Part shown: one piece after another, positions 45,243-55,135 of the stretch
Position numbering within the stretch: position 1 is the stretch's first letter
How the letters are laid out: the number at the start of each line of letters is the position of its first letter
Made by a program: the position numbers and the translations under genes
The notes under the pieces: model-generated
What the model was told of the DNA's origin: nothing
Seen by the model: only the letters and a program-made list of their open reading frames with translations
Databases searched by the model: none
Assembly: GCA_965225855.1 (NCBI GenBank)
Contig: CBDDCK010000004.1
Location: 96,001 to 160,000, forward strand
Length of the DNA stretch: 64,000 nt
DNA from: Spirochaetia bacterium
Lineage (GTDB): Bacteria > Spirochaetota > Spirochaetia > SP-2023
Direction of reading: 5' to 3'

Positions 45243-46856
45243 ATGGCAGATAAATTTATTTTCGTTACGGGTGGTGTTTGTTCCAGCCTAGGTAAGGGCA
45301 TTGCAGCAGCATCGATTGGAACATTACTGGAAGCTCATGGTTACAGTGTTTCGATGATAAAGGTTGACCCATATATCAATGTGGACGCTGGTACGATGAG
45401 CCCCTTTCAACACGGTGAAGTATTTGTAACCGAAGATGGGGCTGAAACGGACTTGGACTTGGGCAATTATTCTCGCTTTACCAATGCCAAATTGAGTGGC
45501 CTAAATTCCATCACCACGGGCCAAATCTACCAAGAGGTAATCCAAAAGGAACGCAAGGGCGAGTACTTGGGTAAATGCGTGCAAGTGATACCCCACATTA
45601 CCGATGAAATCCGCCAGCGCATTTACCTAGGCAGTGCACAGGCAGAGATTGCAATTGTGGAAATCGGTGGCACCGTTGGTGATATTGAGTCTATCCCATT
45701 CTTAGAAGGTTGCCGCCAGATCATCTTGCAAAAGGGTCATACCAATGCTATGACGGTACACCTAACATTGGTGCCCGAGGTTAGCGGTGAGTTGAAGACC
45801 AAGCTAACCCAACACGCAGTTAAAGAAAGCCTAGCTATTGGCTTGCAGCCCGATGTTCTATTGTGCCGTTGCCCCGAACCTTTAGATAGCAATACCAAGC
45901 GAAAGATTGCCCACTTTACTAACATTCAAGAAGGTGCGGTGATTTCTGCCCACAATGAGGCTACGCATATTTACCGCATTCCCCTAAACTACCGTGCGGA
46001 GAAGCTCGACCAATTAGTCGTTCGGCACTTACAGCTACAACCAACGCCCCTTGATTTAAGCGCTTGGGAGAAGCTCGATCAAAATTACCATCAAGCCAAA
46101 GAAACTATCACCATTGCAATGGTGGGTAAATATATAGAGCTGCCAGATACCTATAAGTCTATCGACGAAGCTTTAATCCATGCAGGGCTTAGCCAAAAGC
46201 TGCGGGTAAACATTTGCAAGATTGATGCTGAGCAACTCGAGAGAAGCCAGCTCAACCTCAAAGAGCTCTTTGCCGGTGTGGCCGGTATTTTAGTGCCAGG
46301 GGGCTTTGGCCATCGCGGAATCGAGGGTATGATCGAAGCTGTGCGCTACGCCCGCGAGCAAAAGCTAGCGTTCTTTGGCATCTGCTTGGGCATGCAAGTG
46401 ATGGTAATCGAGTTTGCCCGCAACATGCTGGGCCTAGCTAAAGCTAACAGCACTGAATTTATCGAAAATTGTTCAGAGCCAGTGGTCAGCCTGCTAGAAG
46501 AACAAGGCCGAGTGGATATTATGGGGGCTTCCATGCGCTTGGGGCTTTCTACAATGGAGCTGAAGCCAAACAGCCTATTTGCCAAAGCTTATGGAGCTAC
46601 CAAAGCCAAAGAAGTACACCGCCACCGCTACGAGATAAACAATAGTTATTTAAAAGACTTAGAAGCTGCTGGCCTTACGATAAGTGCCAGCTATTCAGCA
46701 CAAAATCTAGTAGAAGGCTGCGAATGGGAGGGCCACCCTTTTGGTTTGGGCACTCAAGCCCACCCGGAGTTTCATTCACAGCCGGTGGGCGCCCACCCCT
46801 TATTTTGCGCCTTTATCCAAGCCAGCGCAATTTGCTCTTCAATCTATAATGCATAA
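45243..46856 (+). CDS. pyrG: CTP synthase
   Basis: FVTGGVCSSLGKG, DPYINVDAGTMSPFQHGEVFV, GICLGMQ, HRHRYE, QAHPEF. Confidence 0.98.
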   Translation: MADKFIFVTGGVCSSLGKGIAAASIGTLLEAHGYSVSMIKVDPYINVDAGTMSPFQHGEVFVTEDGAETDLDLGNYSRFTNAKLSGLNSITTGQIYQEVIQKERKGEYLGKCVQVIPHITDEIRQRIYLGSAQAEIAIVEIGGTVGDIESIPFLEGCRQIILQKGHTNAMTVHLTLVPEVSGELKTKLTQHAVKESLAIGLQPDVLLCRCPEPLDSNTKRKIAHFTNIQEGAVISAHNEATHIYRIPLNYRAEKLDQLVVRHLQLQPTPLDLSAWEKLDQNYHQAKETITIAMVGKYIELPDTYKSIDEALIHAGLSQKLRVNICKIDAEQLERSQLNLKELFAGVAGILVPGGFGHRGIEGMIEAVRYAREQKLAFFGICLGMQVMVIEFARNMLGLAKANSTEFIENCSEPVVSLLEEQGRVDIMGASMRLGLSTMELKPNSLFAKAYGATKAKEVHRHRYEINNSYLKDLEAAGLTISASYSAQNLVEGCEWEGHPFGLGTQAHPEFHSQPVGAHPLFCAFIQASAICSSIYNA

Positions 46857-46934
46857 GAGGATACAGCTTTTCTGTTAAAGTTTCTCAAAAAAAGCTTTGC
46901 ATCTTCACTAGACGTGCTGTAGTATGATGGGCCT

Positions 46935-48455
46935 ATGACAAAGCTCCGAATACTTCTAGTTACTCCAGAAATTAGTTTTATTCCCCGAAATATGGGCAAA
47001 ATATCTTCGATTTTAGAAGTGAAAGGCGGGGGGCTAGCAGACATCAGCAGTGCGCTAGTAGAAGCGTTGTTTAAACGTGATATGGATATTCATGTGGCTA
47101 TCCCGCACTATCGCCGCATATTTAAGCGCGACCCTCAAGCTATGAGTGCCGGCGATATGCGATTTTATTATCTATACTACTCTGCTACACAGAAAGGACA
47201 TAAGGCTAGGGTCCATTTTGCAGAAGACCGTTGCTTTTATTATCAAGACCAAGTTTATGATGAGCGCAGTGGTTCTGTTTTAAATTTTGCGCTTGCATTC
47301 CAGCGCGAAACAATGAACCATATTATTCGCAAAGTTTGCCCTGATATAGTCCATTGTAATGACTGGACAACGGGATTAATTCCGGCCTTTACCCGCCGTT
47401 TAGATATACGTAGTTTATTTACAGTACATAATATTTACACTGAAAGAGCAACTCTTGCTCACATTGAAGACAGAGGTATTGATGCTCCATTGTTTTGGCA
47501 AAACTTGTTTTACATGAGAGCACCCTATAGTTATGAAGAAAGCCGCTCGATAAATGCAGTTGATTTGCTTTGTTCTGGTATTTATTCGGCCACTCGTATC
47601 AATACAGTGTCCCAAGGGTTTCTCCGTGAAGTGGTAGACGGTTTCCACGATGTGCCGCCCAATATTCGCCATGAAATACAGCAAAAATATCGTCATGGAT
47701 ACGCCCATAGCATTTTAAACGCTCCCGATCCAAGTTATAATCCAAGTACCGATAATGCTTTAGGGAGCTATAACTACACTGCCGATGACAATGTAATAAG
47801 CAAAAAATCTTTACTCAAGTGTGATATTCAAAAAGAGTATGGCCTGAAGATTGATGCAGGTGCGCCATTATTTTTTTGGCCCTCTCGGTTGGACCCAGCA
47901 CAAAAAGGCTGTGAATTGCTTGCAGATATGTTTTATCATTTTATAGATACCTATCGCAAACAGAATGTCCAGATTTTTATTGTAGCCGATGGGTCCTATT
48001 TTGGGGTATTCCACGATATTATTCATTCTCACAAAATATTTCAAAATGCTGTACTTTGCAATTTTGATGGCAATTTATCCCGCAGACTCTATGCGGCAAG
48101 TGATTATATTTTTATGCCTTCACGATATGAACCTTGCGGTATGGCACAGATGATTGCTCAATTGTATGGCTCTTTACCTGTTGTAATGGGCACGGGTGGT
48201 TTGCGCGATACCGTGGAACACCTGAACCCAGAAGGCGAACTGGATAAAGGTAATGGTTTTCGTTTTGAAAATTATAGTACAGCGGGGCTTTGGTGGGCGA
48301 GTAGCCAAGCTTTACAATTTCACGCTTTGCCAAAAGCCAAGCGTTTGCCGGTAGTTCAGCGCACGATGAGCCAAGCACAGCACAAATACAATATTGAAAC
48401 TGTCGCCGATCAATATTTGGAGCTTTATGAAAAATTGGGCAGAACCCGATTGTAA
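46935..48455 (+). CDS. glgA: Glycogen/starch synthase (GT5)
   Basis: KGGGLAD, HCNDWTTG, FTVHN, RLDPAQKG, MPSRYEPCG, TGGLRDTV. Confidence 0.9.
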   Translation: MTKLRILLVTPEISFIPRNMGKISSILEVKGGGLADISSALVEALFKRDMDIHVAIPHYRRIFKRDPQAMSAGDMRFYYLYYSATQKGHKARVHFAEDRCFYYQDQVYDERSGSVLNFALAFQRETMNHIIRKVCPDIVHCNDWTTGLIPAFTRRLDIRSLFTVHNIYTERATLAHIEDRGIDAPLFWQNLFYMRAPYSYEESRSINAVDLLCSGIYSATRINTVSQGFLREVVDGFHDVPPNIRHEIQQKYRHGYAHSILNAPDPSYNPSTDNALGSYNYTADDNVISKKSLLKCDIQKEYGLKIDAGAPLFFWPSRLDPAQKGCELLADMFYHFIDTYRKQNVQIFIVADGSYFGVFHDIIHSHKIFQNAVLCNFDGNLSRRLYAASDYIFMPSRYEPCGMAQMIAQLYGSLPVVMGTGGLRDTVEHLNPEGELDKGNGFRFENYSTAGLWWASSQALQFHALPKAKRLPVVQRTMSQAQHKYNIETVADQYLELYEKLGRTRL

Positions 48456-50514
48456 TATTCAATCGCCAAAGGTATCTCCTGTGCAACCTTTGCTAGATGA
48501 CCCATACTTACAGCATTTTAGACCACAAATCGAAAAATGGCAGCTACATATTGAAGCCAAAGAAAAGGAATTGTGTAAAGACAGTGGCAGTTTAACCAAC
48601 TTTGCTTTAGGGCATTTGTTCTTTGGTTTACAACGGGAACATAAAAATACAAACGATAATATTTGGGTTCTACGGGAATGGGGCCCCAATGCAGTGGAAA
48701 TGTATTTATACGGCGATGCCACCGATTGGCAATTGTTACCAGAATATCGTTTTGAAAAAATTGACGAGGCCCAAGGAATTTGGCAGCTGCGTTTGTATGA
48801 ACAAAATGGCAAAACAGATGGTGTGGCAAGCTTCGAGCGGGGGCAGTACTTTGCTCTGTGGCTACGCTGGCAAGGTGGAGACCAAGGAGCGGGGGAAGGT
48901 CGCCGCTTGCCATCTTATGTGAAGCGTGTTGTTCAAGACCCTGTAACTAAAATATTTAGTGCTCAGTTTTCCCTAGAAGAATATCAATTCACTCAACCTA
49001 GGCCTAATAATAATACAGGATTTTATCCCATTATTTATGAAGCCCATGTGGGTATGGCTCAAGAATACGATAATATTGGCAGTTACCACCAATTCACTCA
49101 CCACATACTCCCCTATATAGCTCGCTTAGGTTACAACACGGTTCAATTAATGGGGATTCAAGAACATCCATATTATGGTTCTTTTGGCTATCATGTAGCC
49201 AATCCTTTTGCTGTTTCTTCCCGTTTTGGCACACAAAATGAATTTAAAGCGTTGGTTGATGAAGCCCACCGTCTTGGCTTGCGGATTATTATTGACTTGG
49301 TACATTCACACCATGTGCGCAATGAAGAAGAAGGTTTGGGCTATTTTGCCGGGCAGCGTAGCCAATATTTTTACCCCGGTGGACGGGGTGAACACGAACA
49401 ATGGAATAGTTATGTCTACGACTATGGCAAAAATGAAGTAATCCACTACTTGTTGTCCAATCTCCAGTTCTGGCTCTCTGAATATAATATTGATGGTTTT
49501 CGTTTTGATGGCGTAACCAGTATGCTCTATGAGCATCGTGGAATGGGCTGTGCTTTTGCCCGTTATGATGATTATTTTAATGGTGCTGTGGACAACAATG
49601 CCTTAGTCTATTTAGCTTTAGCCAACCGTTTAATCCACGAATTGCACCCAGAGGCTATCAGCTTAGCAGAAGATGTCAGTGGCCTACCCGGTTTGGCTTC
49701 TCCTGATTTAGTTGGTTTTAACTATCGCTTAGCGATGGGTGTTACCGACTACTGGTTTAAATTACTCGATATTGCCGATGAAAACTGGAATATGTTTGCT
49801 CTCTGGCATGAACTATCTCAAGGGCGAAACGATGAACGCACAGTTAGTTATGTGGAAAGCCACGATCAGGCCTTGGTGGGTGGCAAAAGTTTTATTTTTA
49901 CAATGATTGACAGTGATATGTACTGGCATATGGATGCAGCACACCGTACACTGCGTGTCGATCGAGGCCTAGCTTTGCATAAAATGGCTCGCTTAATAAC
50001 CTTGGCTAGTGCCCGCCATGGCTACTTAAACTTTATGGGCAATGAATTTGGACACCCAGAATGGATCGATTTTCCACGGGAAGGCAATGACTGGAGTTAT
50101 AATCATTCGCGTCGCTTGTGGAGCTTGGCTTTTCGTGAAGATTTATTGTTTAAGGGTTTACGTTTATTTGAAGAAGATATGCAAGCTTTATTCACTCAAG
50201 AAGCTATCATGAATCATACAATAGATTGGTTGCACCTCTACGATCATGATAAAATTATCTGTTTCCGCAGGGGAACTTTGCTCTTTGTATTTAATTTCCA
50301 CCCAACCCAGTTTTTTACAGATTACCGCATACCGGCACCCGGTACAAAAAATATTTCTAAATATACAATTGCTTTGTGCAGCGATTCTCCCTCTTATTCT
50401 GGTTTTGGCTTGGTTGCTGAACAGCAAATGCATTTTGTACAGCAAGATCAAAATGGTAGCTTTATTCAAGTATATCTTCCACCGAGAGTGGCTTTGGTAT
50501 TGAAGCTAAGTTGA
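48427..50514 (+). CDS. glgB: 1,4-alpha-glucan branching enzyme (GH13)
   Basis: IYEAHVGMA, EHPYYGSFGYHV, DLVHSH, GFRFDGVTSMLY, AEDVSG, YVESHDQALVG, LNFMGNEFGHPEWIDFPR; start uncertain. Confidence 0.93.
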   Translation: MKNWAEPDCNIQSPKVSPVQPLLDDPYLQHFRPQIEKWQLHIEAKEKELCKDSGSLTNFALGHLFFGLQREHKNTNDNIWVLREWGPNAVEMYLYGDATDWQLLPEYRFEKIDEAQGIWQLRLYEQNGKTDGVASFERGQYFALWLRWQGGDQGAGEGRRLPSYVKRVVQDPVTKIFSAQFSLEEYQFTQPRPNNNTGFYPIIYEAHVGMAQEYDNIGSYHQFTHHILPYIARLGYNTVQLMGIQEHPYYGSFGYHVANPFAVSSRFGTQNEFKALVDEAHRLGLRIIIDLVHSHHVRNEEEGLGYFAGQRSQYFYPGGRGEHEQWNSYVYDYGKNEVIHYLLSNLQFWLSEYNIDGFRFDGVTSMLYEHRGMGCAFARYDDYFNGAVDNNALVYLALANRLIHELHPEAISLAEDVSGLPGLASPDLVGFNYRLAMGVTDYWFKLLDIADENWNMFALWHELSQGRNDERTVSYVESHDQALVGGKSFIFTMIDSDMYWHMDAAHRTLRVDRGLALHKMARLITLASARHGYLNFMGNEFGHPEWIDFPREGNDWSYNHSRRLWSLAFREDLLFKGLRLFEEDMQALFTQEAIMNHTIDWLHLYDHDKIICFRRGTLLFVFNFHPTQFFTDYRIPAPGTKNISKYTIALCSDSPSYSGFGLVAEQQMHFVQQDQNGSFIQVYLPPRVALVLKLS

Positions 50515-50544
50515 TTGATAGATAATTTGATAGAATCGGACAAT

Positions 50545-50574
50545 AAAAAAAGAGCAGGTTACCTGCTCTTTTTT
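50545..50574. terminator. Bidirectional intrinsic terminator between glgB and tRNA-Leu
   Basis: A7-GAGCAGG-tta-CCTGCTC-T6. Confidence 0.85.
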
Positions 50575-50576
50575 GT

Positions 50577-50659
50577 TGCCTAGAAAAGGACTCGAACCTT
50601 CACGGGGTTGCCCCCACTAGTCCCTGAAACTAGCGTGTCTACCATTCCACCACCTAGGC
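50577..50659 (-). tRNA. tRNA-Leu (anticodon CAG), CCA not encoded
   Basis: GCCTAGGTGGTGGAATGGTAGACACG CTAGT-TTCAGGG-ACTAG, long variable arm GGGGCAACCCC, GGTTCGAGTCC, acceptor stem pairs. Confidence 0.95.
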
Positions 50660-50673
50660 TAATGCACGGCGTG

Positions 50674-50702
50674 AGCTTAATGAGATTGCCCTATCTTGTC
50701 AA
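50674..50702 (-). promoter_or_regulatory. tRNA promoter
   Basis: TTGACA-N17-TAAGCT. Confidence 0.65.
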
Positions 50703-50806
50703 TTCACATTCATCTTTATATTCAAATCCATGTTTCATTGAAAAACATACAAATCAATCGAGTAAAACAACATTGCCTCCGATAACAAAACCAAAAAGGA
50801 AAAGCG

Positions 50807-52036
50807 ATGTTGTTAAGAATTATTGCATTGACCACCATTATTTTTAGTTTATTTTCGTGCGCCCCAGATGAAGGCAATCAGACAGTATACAAACCACAAA
50901 AGGACTCTAAGGATGTTGAACCTCAAAAAGAACTACAAAAGGACTCTAAGGATGTTGAACCTCAAAAAGAACCACAAAAGGACTCTAAGAATGGTGAACC
51001 TCAAAAAGAACTACAGAAAAATCCTATATTAATCCACTTTGTCGGTAACAGCCTCACCTACAACCACAATATTCCGGGGAAATTCTTGGATATTATCAAA
51101 AAGCAGAAAATAGTTTCGTCAGATAGTAAGGTAAACCGCACTCTTAGGGGTGCAACGAATTTGAAATCCCTTTTTAAAGAGTTTGCGGTAAAGCAAATTT
51201 TGCAGCCTTCTCAATACATAAGCCTACAAGAGCAAAGTAGTGGCGTGCGTATACAAGAAACATTCGACACGATAGGAATGTACCAAAACCTGGCCAAACT
51301 CACAGGGGCGCAAATCATTTATTATGCGATATGGTCTTCATCGAGCCCAGGCAAACCCCAATGTGATTACAAGCTTGTGTCTGGCGAAGATGAACAATTT
51401 ATCCAAAATCATAAACTGCTTTATGCTCCCGTAGGGGCTGCTTTTGAACAAGCCTGTAAAAATGATATAAGCGAACGATTGACACCTAGATCTGATCATC
51501 ATGCCATGCGTGCAGGTGCGTACACGGCTGCGCTTACATTTGTTCGAGTGATATTCCCCAAAGCCTTTCCGCTTGTGGCCCCACCCACCTTTGGTATTTC
51601 CACTGCCGATGCGGCTAAAATACAACAAGCCGTACTAAAGGCTTTGCCTGACTCACCTGAAATTACCGCTATCCCCGCAAAAGACCCCTGGGCTACCGCA
51701 ACTCGCCTTGAGCCAGAAAACAATACAACACATACAATTACAGCTTGCCGTGCCAACCTATTTACGATTGCAGGAATCAATAATCCCCGCAAGCTGCGCA
51801 TACAAGCCGAAGCGGGTAATTATCTAAATGAAACCGGTGCGGGCTATGTACAGAACAAGTTTTTTACAGCGTTTCGCAAAAGTGGAGCTATGATAAAGAA
51901 CGACTATCCATATAACGATTACCGCCATTTCCTCTTTAGCCATGATTCAACAGACGCACACTTTATTTTTACACCCAACCAAACCCAAGAAAACTGCAGG
52001 GAACAAGATTTCACTATCACCATTTCTCTACCGTAG
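50807..52036 (+). CDS. Lipoprotein with SGNH/GDSL-like hydrolase domain
   Basis: Signal ...SLFS-C; HFVGNSLTYNHNIP, SLQEQS, APVGAAF, SDHHAMRAGAY. Confidence 0.7.
   Translation: MLLRIIALTTIIFSLFSCAPDEGNQTVYKPQKDSKDVEPQKELQKDSKDVEPQKEPQKDSKNGEPQKELQKNPILIHFVGNSLTYNHNIPGKFLDIIKKQKIVSSDSKVNRTLRGATNLKSLFKEFAVKQILQPSQYISLQEQSSGVRIQETFDTIGMYQNLAKLTGAQIIYYAIWSSSSPGKPQCDYKLVSGEDEQFIQNHKLLYAPVGAAFEQACKNDISERLTPRSDHHAMRAGAYTAALTFVRVIFPKAFPLVAPPTFGISTADAAKIQQAVLKALPDSPEITAIPAKDPWATATRLEPENNTTHTITACRANLFTIAGINNPRKLRIQAEAGNYLNETGAGYVQNKFFTAFRKSGAMIKNDYPYNDYRHFLFSHDSTDAHFIFTPNQTQENCREQDFTITISLP
50897..51013 (+). repeat. 39-bp coding tandem repeat x3 (QKDSKDVEPQKEL)
   Basis: CAAAAGGACTCTAAG at 50897, 50936 and 50975. 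Confidence 0.92.
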
Positions 52037-52037
52037 G

Positions 52038-52757
52038 CTACTGCACGGTAAAGGTTACATCGTAGGGAATCTTTTTTAAGGTTTTGCCCACTTTATTACT
52101 GCCACTGGCATAAGTGCGCACTTCCAGCCGATACTGGCCACTAGATAGGGAAGAGGGTGCTAAATAAGCTAACTCGGAAGGGATATTATTGATTTTGCCA
52201 GAAAATTTATATTCTGTACCATCGCTGGCAATCGCATAAAGCCCTTCTTTATCATCGCTTGGATTGGCAGCCACTATCTTAATGTTACGGCCTAAAACCT
52301 TTACTGGCCCGTTGGGGCTTAAATACTTATCAAAGGTTTCGGTCAATATATCTTCTACCCGCACAATCTTAGCTTCATTGCCAGAGCTATATACCTTTTG
52401 CACTTCCACTTCATCAAGCAAATCTTTCAACGGTTTATTGGCATTCATGTTGATAGCCAATTTATTTTCCGCAGGGTTAAAGTTGCTACTAATATCGTCA
52501 AAGCTACCCTTAATATCTAAATGGAGGGTAAAAGTACCCGTATTTAAGCCAGAACCGTTTTTAATAATCTCGCCCAGTACTTCATCAAGGCAAGTAAGTG
52601 CGGCCTCAATATCGGTCTTGGTTAGTGTTGTGCCTCGGTTGACCATCATTTCCACCAGACGCTCGCGGTTGAGAATGTCCTGCTGTACCACGCAGGCGTG
52701 GTAGCCTTTAGGGTTGGCCCCTAGTTGATTTTTCAATAGTTCATATTGTAATGCCAT
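52038..52757 (-). CDS. HU-like DNA-binding domain + DUF4469 (Ig-like) protein
   Basis: RGTTLTKTDIEAAL..LDIKGSF N-terminal domain; GRNIKI..NNIPSEL..LSSGQYRLEVRT C-terminal domain. Confidence 0.8.
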   Translation of the reverse strand: MALQYELLKNQLGANPKGYHACVVQQDILNRERLVEMMVNRGTTLTKTDIEAALTCLDEVLGEIIKNGSGLNTGTFTLHLDIKGSFDDISSNFNPAENKLAINMNANKPLKDLLDEVEVQKVYSSGNEAKIVRVEDILTETFDKYLSPNGPVKVLGRNIKIVAANPSDDKEGLYAIASDGTEYKFSGKINNIPSELAYLAPSSLSSGQYRLEVRTYASGSNKVGKTLKKIPYDVTFTVQ

Positions 52758-52845
52758 AGTTACCTCTGGCCAATATTAAAGTACAGGTACAAAATTTGTC
52801 AATACTTTTTCATTAGGCATAGTCTAATTAACTACTCTGCAAAAG

Positions 52846-52930
52846 TAATAGGTATGGACTGCTTCGGCCCATACCTATTACCTAGGTGCGTCCATACCTA
52901 TCGACTTATTTGGGCGATGCCTATCGGCTT
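52846..52930. repeat. Diverged CCATAcCTATCGAC module array upstream of the DUF4469 gene
   Basis: TAATAGGTATGG-actgcttcggc-CCATACCTATTA, then TCCATACCTATCGAC and CGATGCCTATCGGC at ~23-bp spacing. Confidence 0.7.
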
Positions 52931-53111
52931 GCCAAAGTATCCATATAGAAACACTTTTGGCTACTTGTATGAAAGAAAATTGTCGCCATCAGGGTTTGAA
53001 TATCAGCATTTGTATAGCGCAAGTTGGCACGGGTATATATTGCTTTGCGATTCTGAAACCATAGAAAATGGCAAAAATCAAGCCAAACCGAATATATAAA
53101 TAAACTTGTAC

Positions 53112-53140
53112 CTGACAAAGCATTCTGCATTTGCTACAAT
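53112..53140 (+). promoter_or_regulatory. asnS promoter
   Basis: CTGACA-N17-TACAAT with TG extended -10; AGGAG RBS. Confidence 0.55.
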
Positions 53141-53177
53141 AGTGCCCCAATATAAGATATAGAGGAGTCAAAACACT

Positions 53178-54590
53178 ATGAGCCATCATTCTTTTACTAT
53201 GCCCCTAACGGTAAAACAATTGCTTTCCACTCCAGTCGAGCAAGTTGGTAACCAGGAAGTTACCCTGTGTGCTTGGGTGCGCAGCCGCCGAGACTCCAAG
53301 AATATTAGCTTTTTAAACGTGAATGATGGCTCTTGTGTCAGCGGTATCCAAGTAGTTGTGGACGATTCTTGCCGCAATGAAACATTTGCCCAAATCGAAA
53401 ACGGGGCTTCGGTGCGGCTCAAGGGTACGCTGGTCCCAAGCCAGGGCGCAGGCCAAGCTGTGGAAATCCAAGCCCGCCATATCGAATTATTGGGTGCTGC
53501 TGCCGAGTACCCATTGCAGAAAAAACGCCATACCTTTGAGTTCTTGCGTGAAATCAGCCATTTGCGCAGCCGCAGTAACAGTATTGGTGCGGTAATGCGG
53601 GTGCGCAACCGCCTAAGTATGCTAATACACGAGTTTTTCCAGCAGCATGGTTTTTACTATATCCACACACCGATTATCACCGTTTCCGATGCCGAGGGTG
53701 CTGGGGAGCTGTTTCAAGTAGAATCGACTGCCTATTTAGGCAGTGAAACCACTGCCGAACCGCAGAAGACGCGGCAACATTTCTTTGGCCAAAGTGCCTA
53801 TTTAACGGTATCGGGCCAACTGGAGGGAGAGGTATACGCCCATTCGCACAGCCGTATTTACACCTTTGGGCCCACTTTCCGCGCCGAACAATCCAATACC
53901 GCTCGCCATCTAGCGGAGTTTTGGATGATTGAGCCCGAAGTTGCGTTTTTAGAGCTGGAGGGTTTAATGGAGTTGGCCGAGGCGTTTGTCCGCTACTTAA
54001 TTGCGGGTACGCTAGAGCATTGTGCCGAAGAACTGGAGTTGCTGAATAAATGGATCGAGCCCGGCTTGCTGGATTCCCTCAATAGCGTGGTGCAAAGTGA
54101 ACGGTTTGTCCGTGTTAGCTACACGGAAGCGATTGCACTGCTGCAAGATGCTGTAGCCAAGGGCAAGAAATTTGAATACCGTGTTGCGTGGCAAGATGGC
54201 CTGCAAACCGAACACGAACGCTGGCTAACCGAAGAGCACTACCAACAACCGGCCATTGTCTACGACTACCCGGCAGAAGGCAAAGCATTTTACATGAAGC
54301 AAAACACAGATGGCAGAACGGTGCGCGGAATGGATTTACTGGTACCGAGGCTGGGTGAGATTATCGGCGGCTCTCAACGCGAAGACAACTACGAAAAATT
54401 ACATGCTCGCATGCTAGCAAATGATATGGAAATAGAACGCTATCAATGGTATTTGGACTTGCGCCGTTTTGGTGGCACAGCCCATAGTGGCTTTGGTCTT
54501 GGCTTTGAGCGTATGCTACAGTACCTTACCGGTATGAAGAATATTCGCGATGTGATTCCGTTTCCGCGTGCTATGGGGCAAGCATTTTAA
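53178..54590 (+). CDS. asnS: Asparagine--tRNA ligase
   Basis: WVRSRR..NDGS, YPLQKKRH, YLTVSGQL, GPTFRAEQSNTARHLAEFWMIEPE, GEIIGGSQRE, GFGLGFER. Confidence 0.97.
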   Translation: MSHHSFTMPLTVKQLLSTPVEQVGNQEVTLCAWVRSRRDSKNISFLNVNDGSCVSGIQVVVDDSCRNETFAQIENGASVRLKGTLVPSQGAGQAVEIQARHIELLGAAAEYPLQKKRHTFEFLREISHLRSRSNSIGAVMRVRNRLSMLIHEFFQQHGFYYIHTPIITVSDAEGAGELFQVESTAYLGSETTAEPQKTRQHFFGQSAYLTVSGQLEGEVYAHSHSRIYTFGPTFRAEQSNTARHLAEFWMIEPEVAFLELEGLMELAEAFVRYLIAGTLEHCAEELELLNKWIEPGLLDSLNSVVQSERFVRVSYTEAIALLQDAVAKGKKFEYRVAWQDGLQTEHERWLTEEHYQQPAIVYDYPAEGKAFYMKQNTDGRTVRGMDLLVPRLGEIIGGSQREDNYEKLHARMLANDMEIERYQWYLDLRRFGGTAHSGFGLGFERMLQYLTGMKNIRDVIPFPRAMGQAF

Positions 54591-54604
54591 AGGGGCAATA
54601 TTTC

Positions 54605-54642
54605 TTTAGGCGTGTTTACTAAAAGGCACGCCTAAAATTTTT
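54605..54642. terminator. Hairpin between convergent asnS and 54659..55123
   Basis: TTTAGGCGTG ... CACGCCTAAA followed by ATTTTT. Confidence 0.7.
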
Positions 54643-54658
54643 GCGAAATCAAATTCTT

Positions 54659-55123
54659 TTAATTATTTTCTCTAACTAGAGGTGGCTGCGTTTCCTGCAA
54701 CATCTGCTTTCGGGCTAATAGCGCTTCCTTTAAATTGTCCACTATGTGTAAAAAACTGTAGGGAACCCAACCCCTCATCTGTTTATCATTGACAGAAAAG
54801 CTAGTGTTTGTATCTTTTTCATTGAGCTCCCATATAATAAAAGCCCACATCGTATGATCATCTTCTAGGTTTTTTTCAATACGCTGAATTTCAACAATAT
54901 GGCCAAAACGCACCATGCCCAGCAGATCGCTTATCTGCGAGCCAGCAAGGGATTGATGCACTTTAATATAAGGCATATTGACAACAGCCCATTGCTTTTT
55001 AGAAAAAAGGGGCGTTTCATCTAAATCAATGGCCAGGCTGCGCTGTGCCACAGAACAACCTGTAATCAAGAAAAAAAATGCCAACAAATAAAAAATTTTG
55101 GCAATACAATGGCTATTCATCAA
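54659..55123 (-). CDS. Hypothetical lipoprotein, SH3-like
   Basis: Signal ...LITG-C; WAVVNMPY...RGWVP. Confidence 0.6.
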   Translation of the reverse strand: MMNSHCIAKIFYLLAFFFLITGCSVAQRSLAIDLDETPLFSKKQWAVVNMPYIKVHQSLAGSQISDLLGMVRFGHIVEIQRIEKNLEDDHTMWAFIIWELNEKDTNTSFSVNDKQMRGWVPYSFLHIVDNLKEALLARKQMLQETQPPLVRENN

Positions 55124-55135
55124 ATAGACAATTTC

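Noticed and set aside
50577..52930. tRNA-anchored integrative element
   Set aside because: The accessory genes lie on the tRNA's 5' side, with no duplicated tRNA 3' end and no integrase
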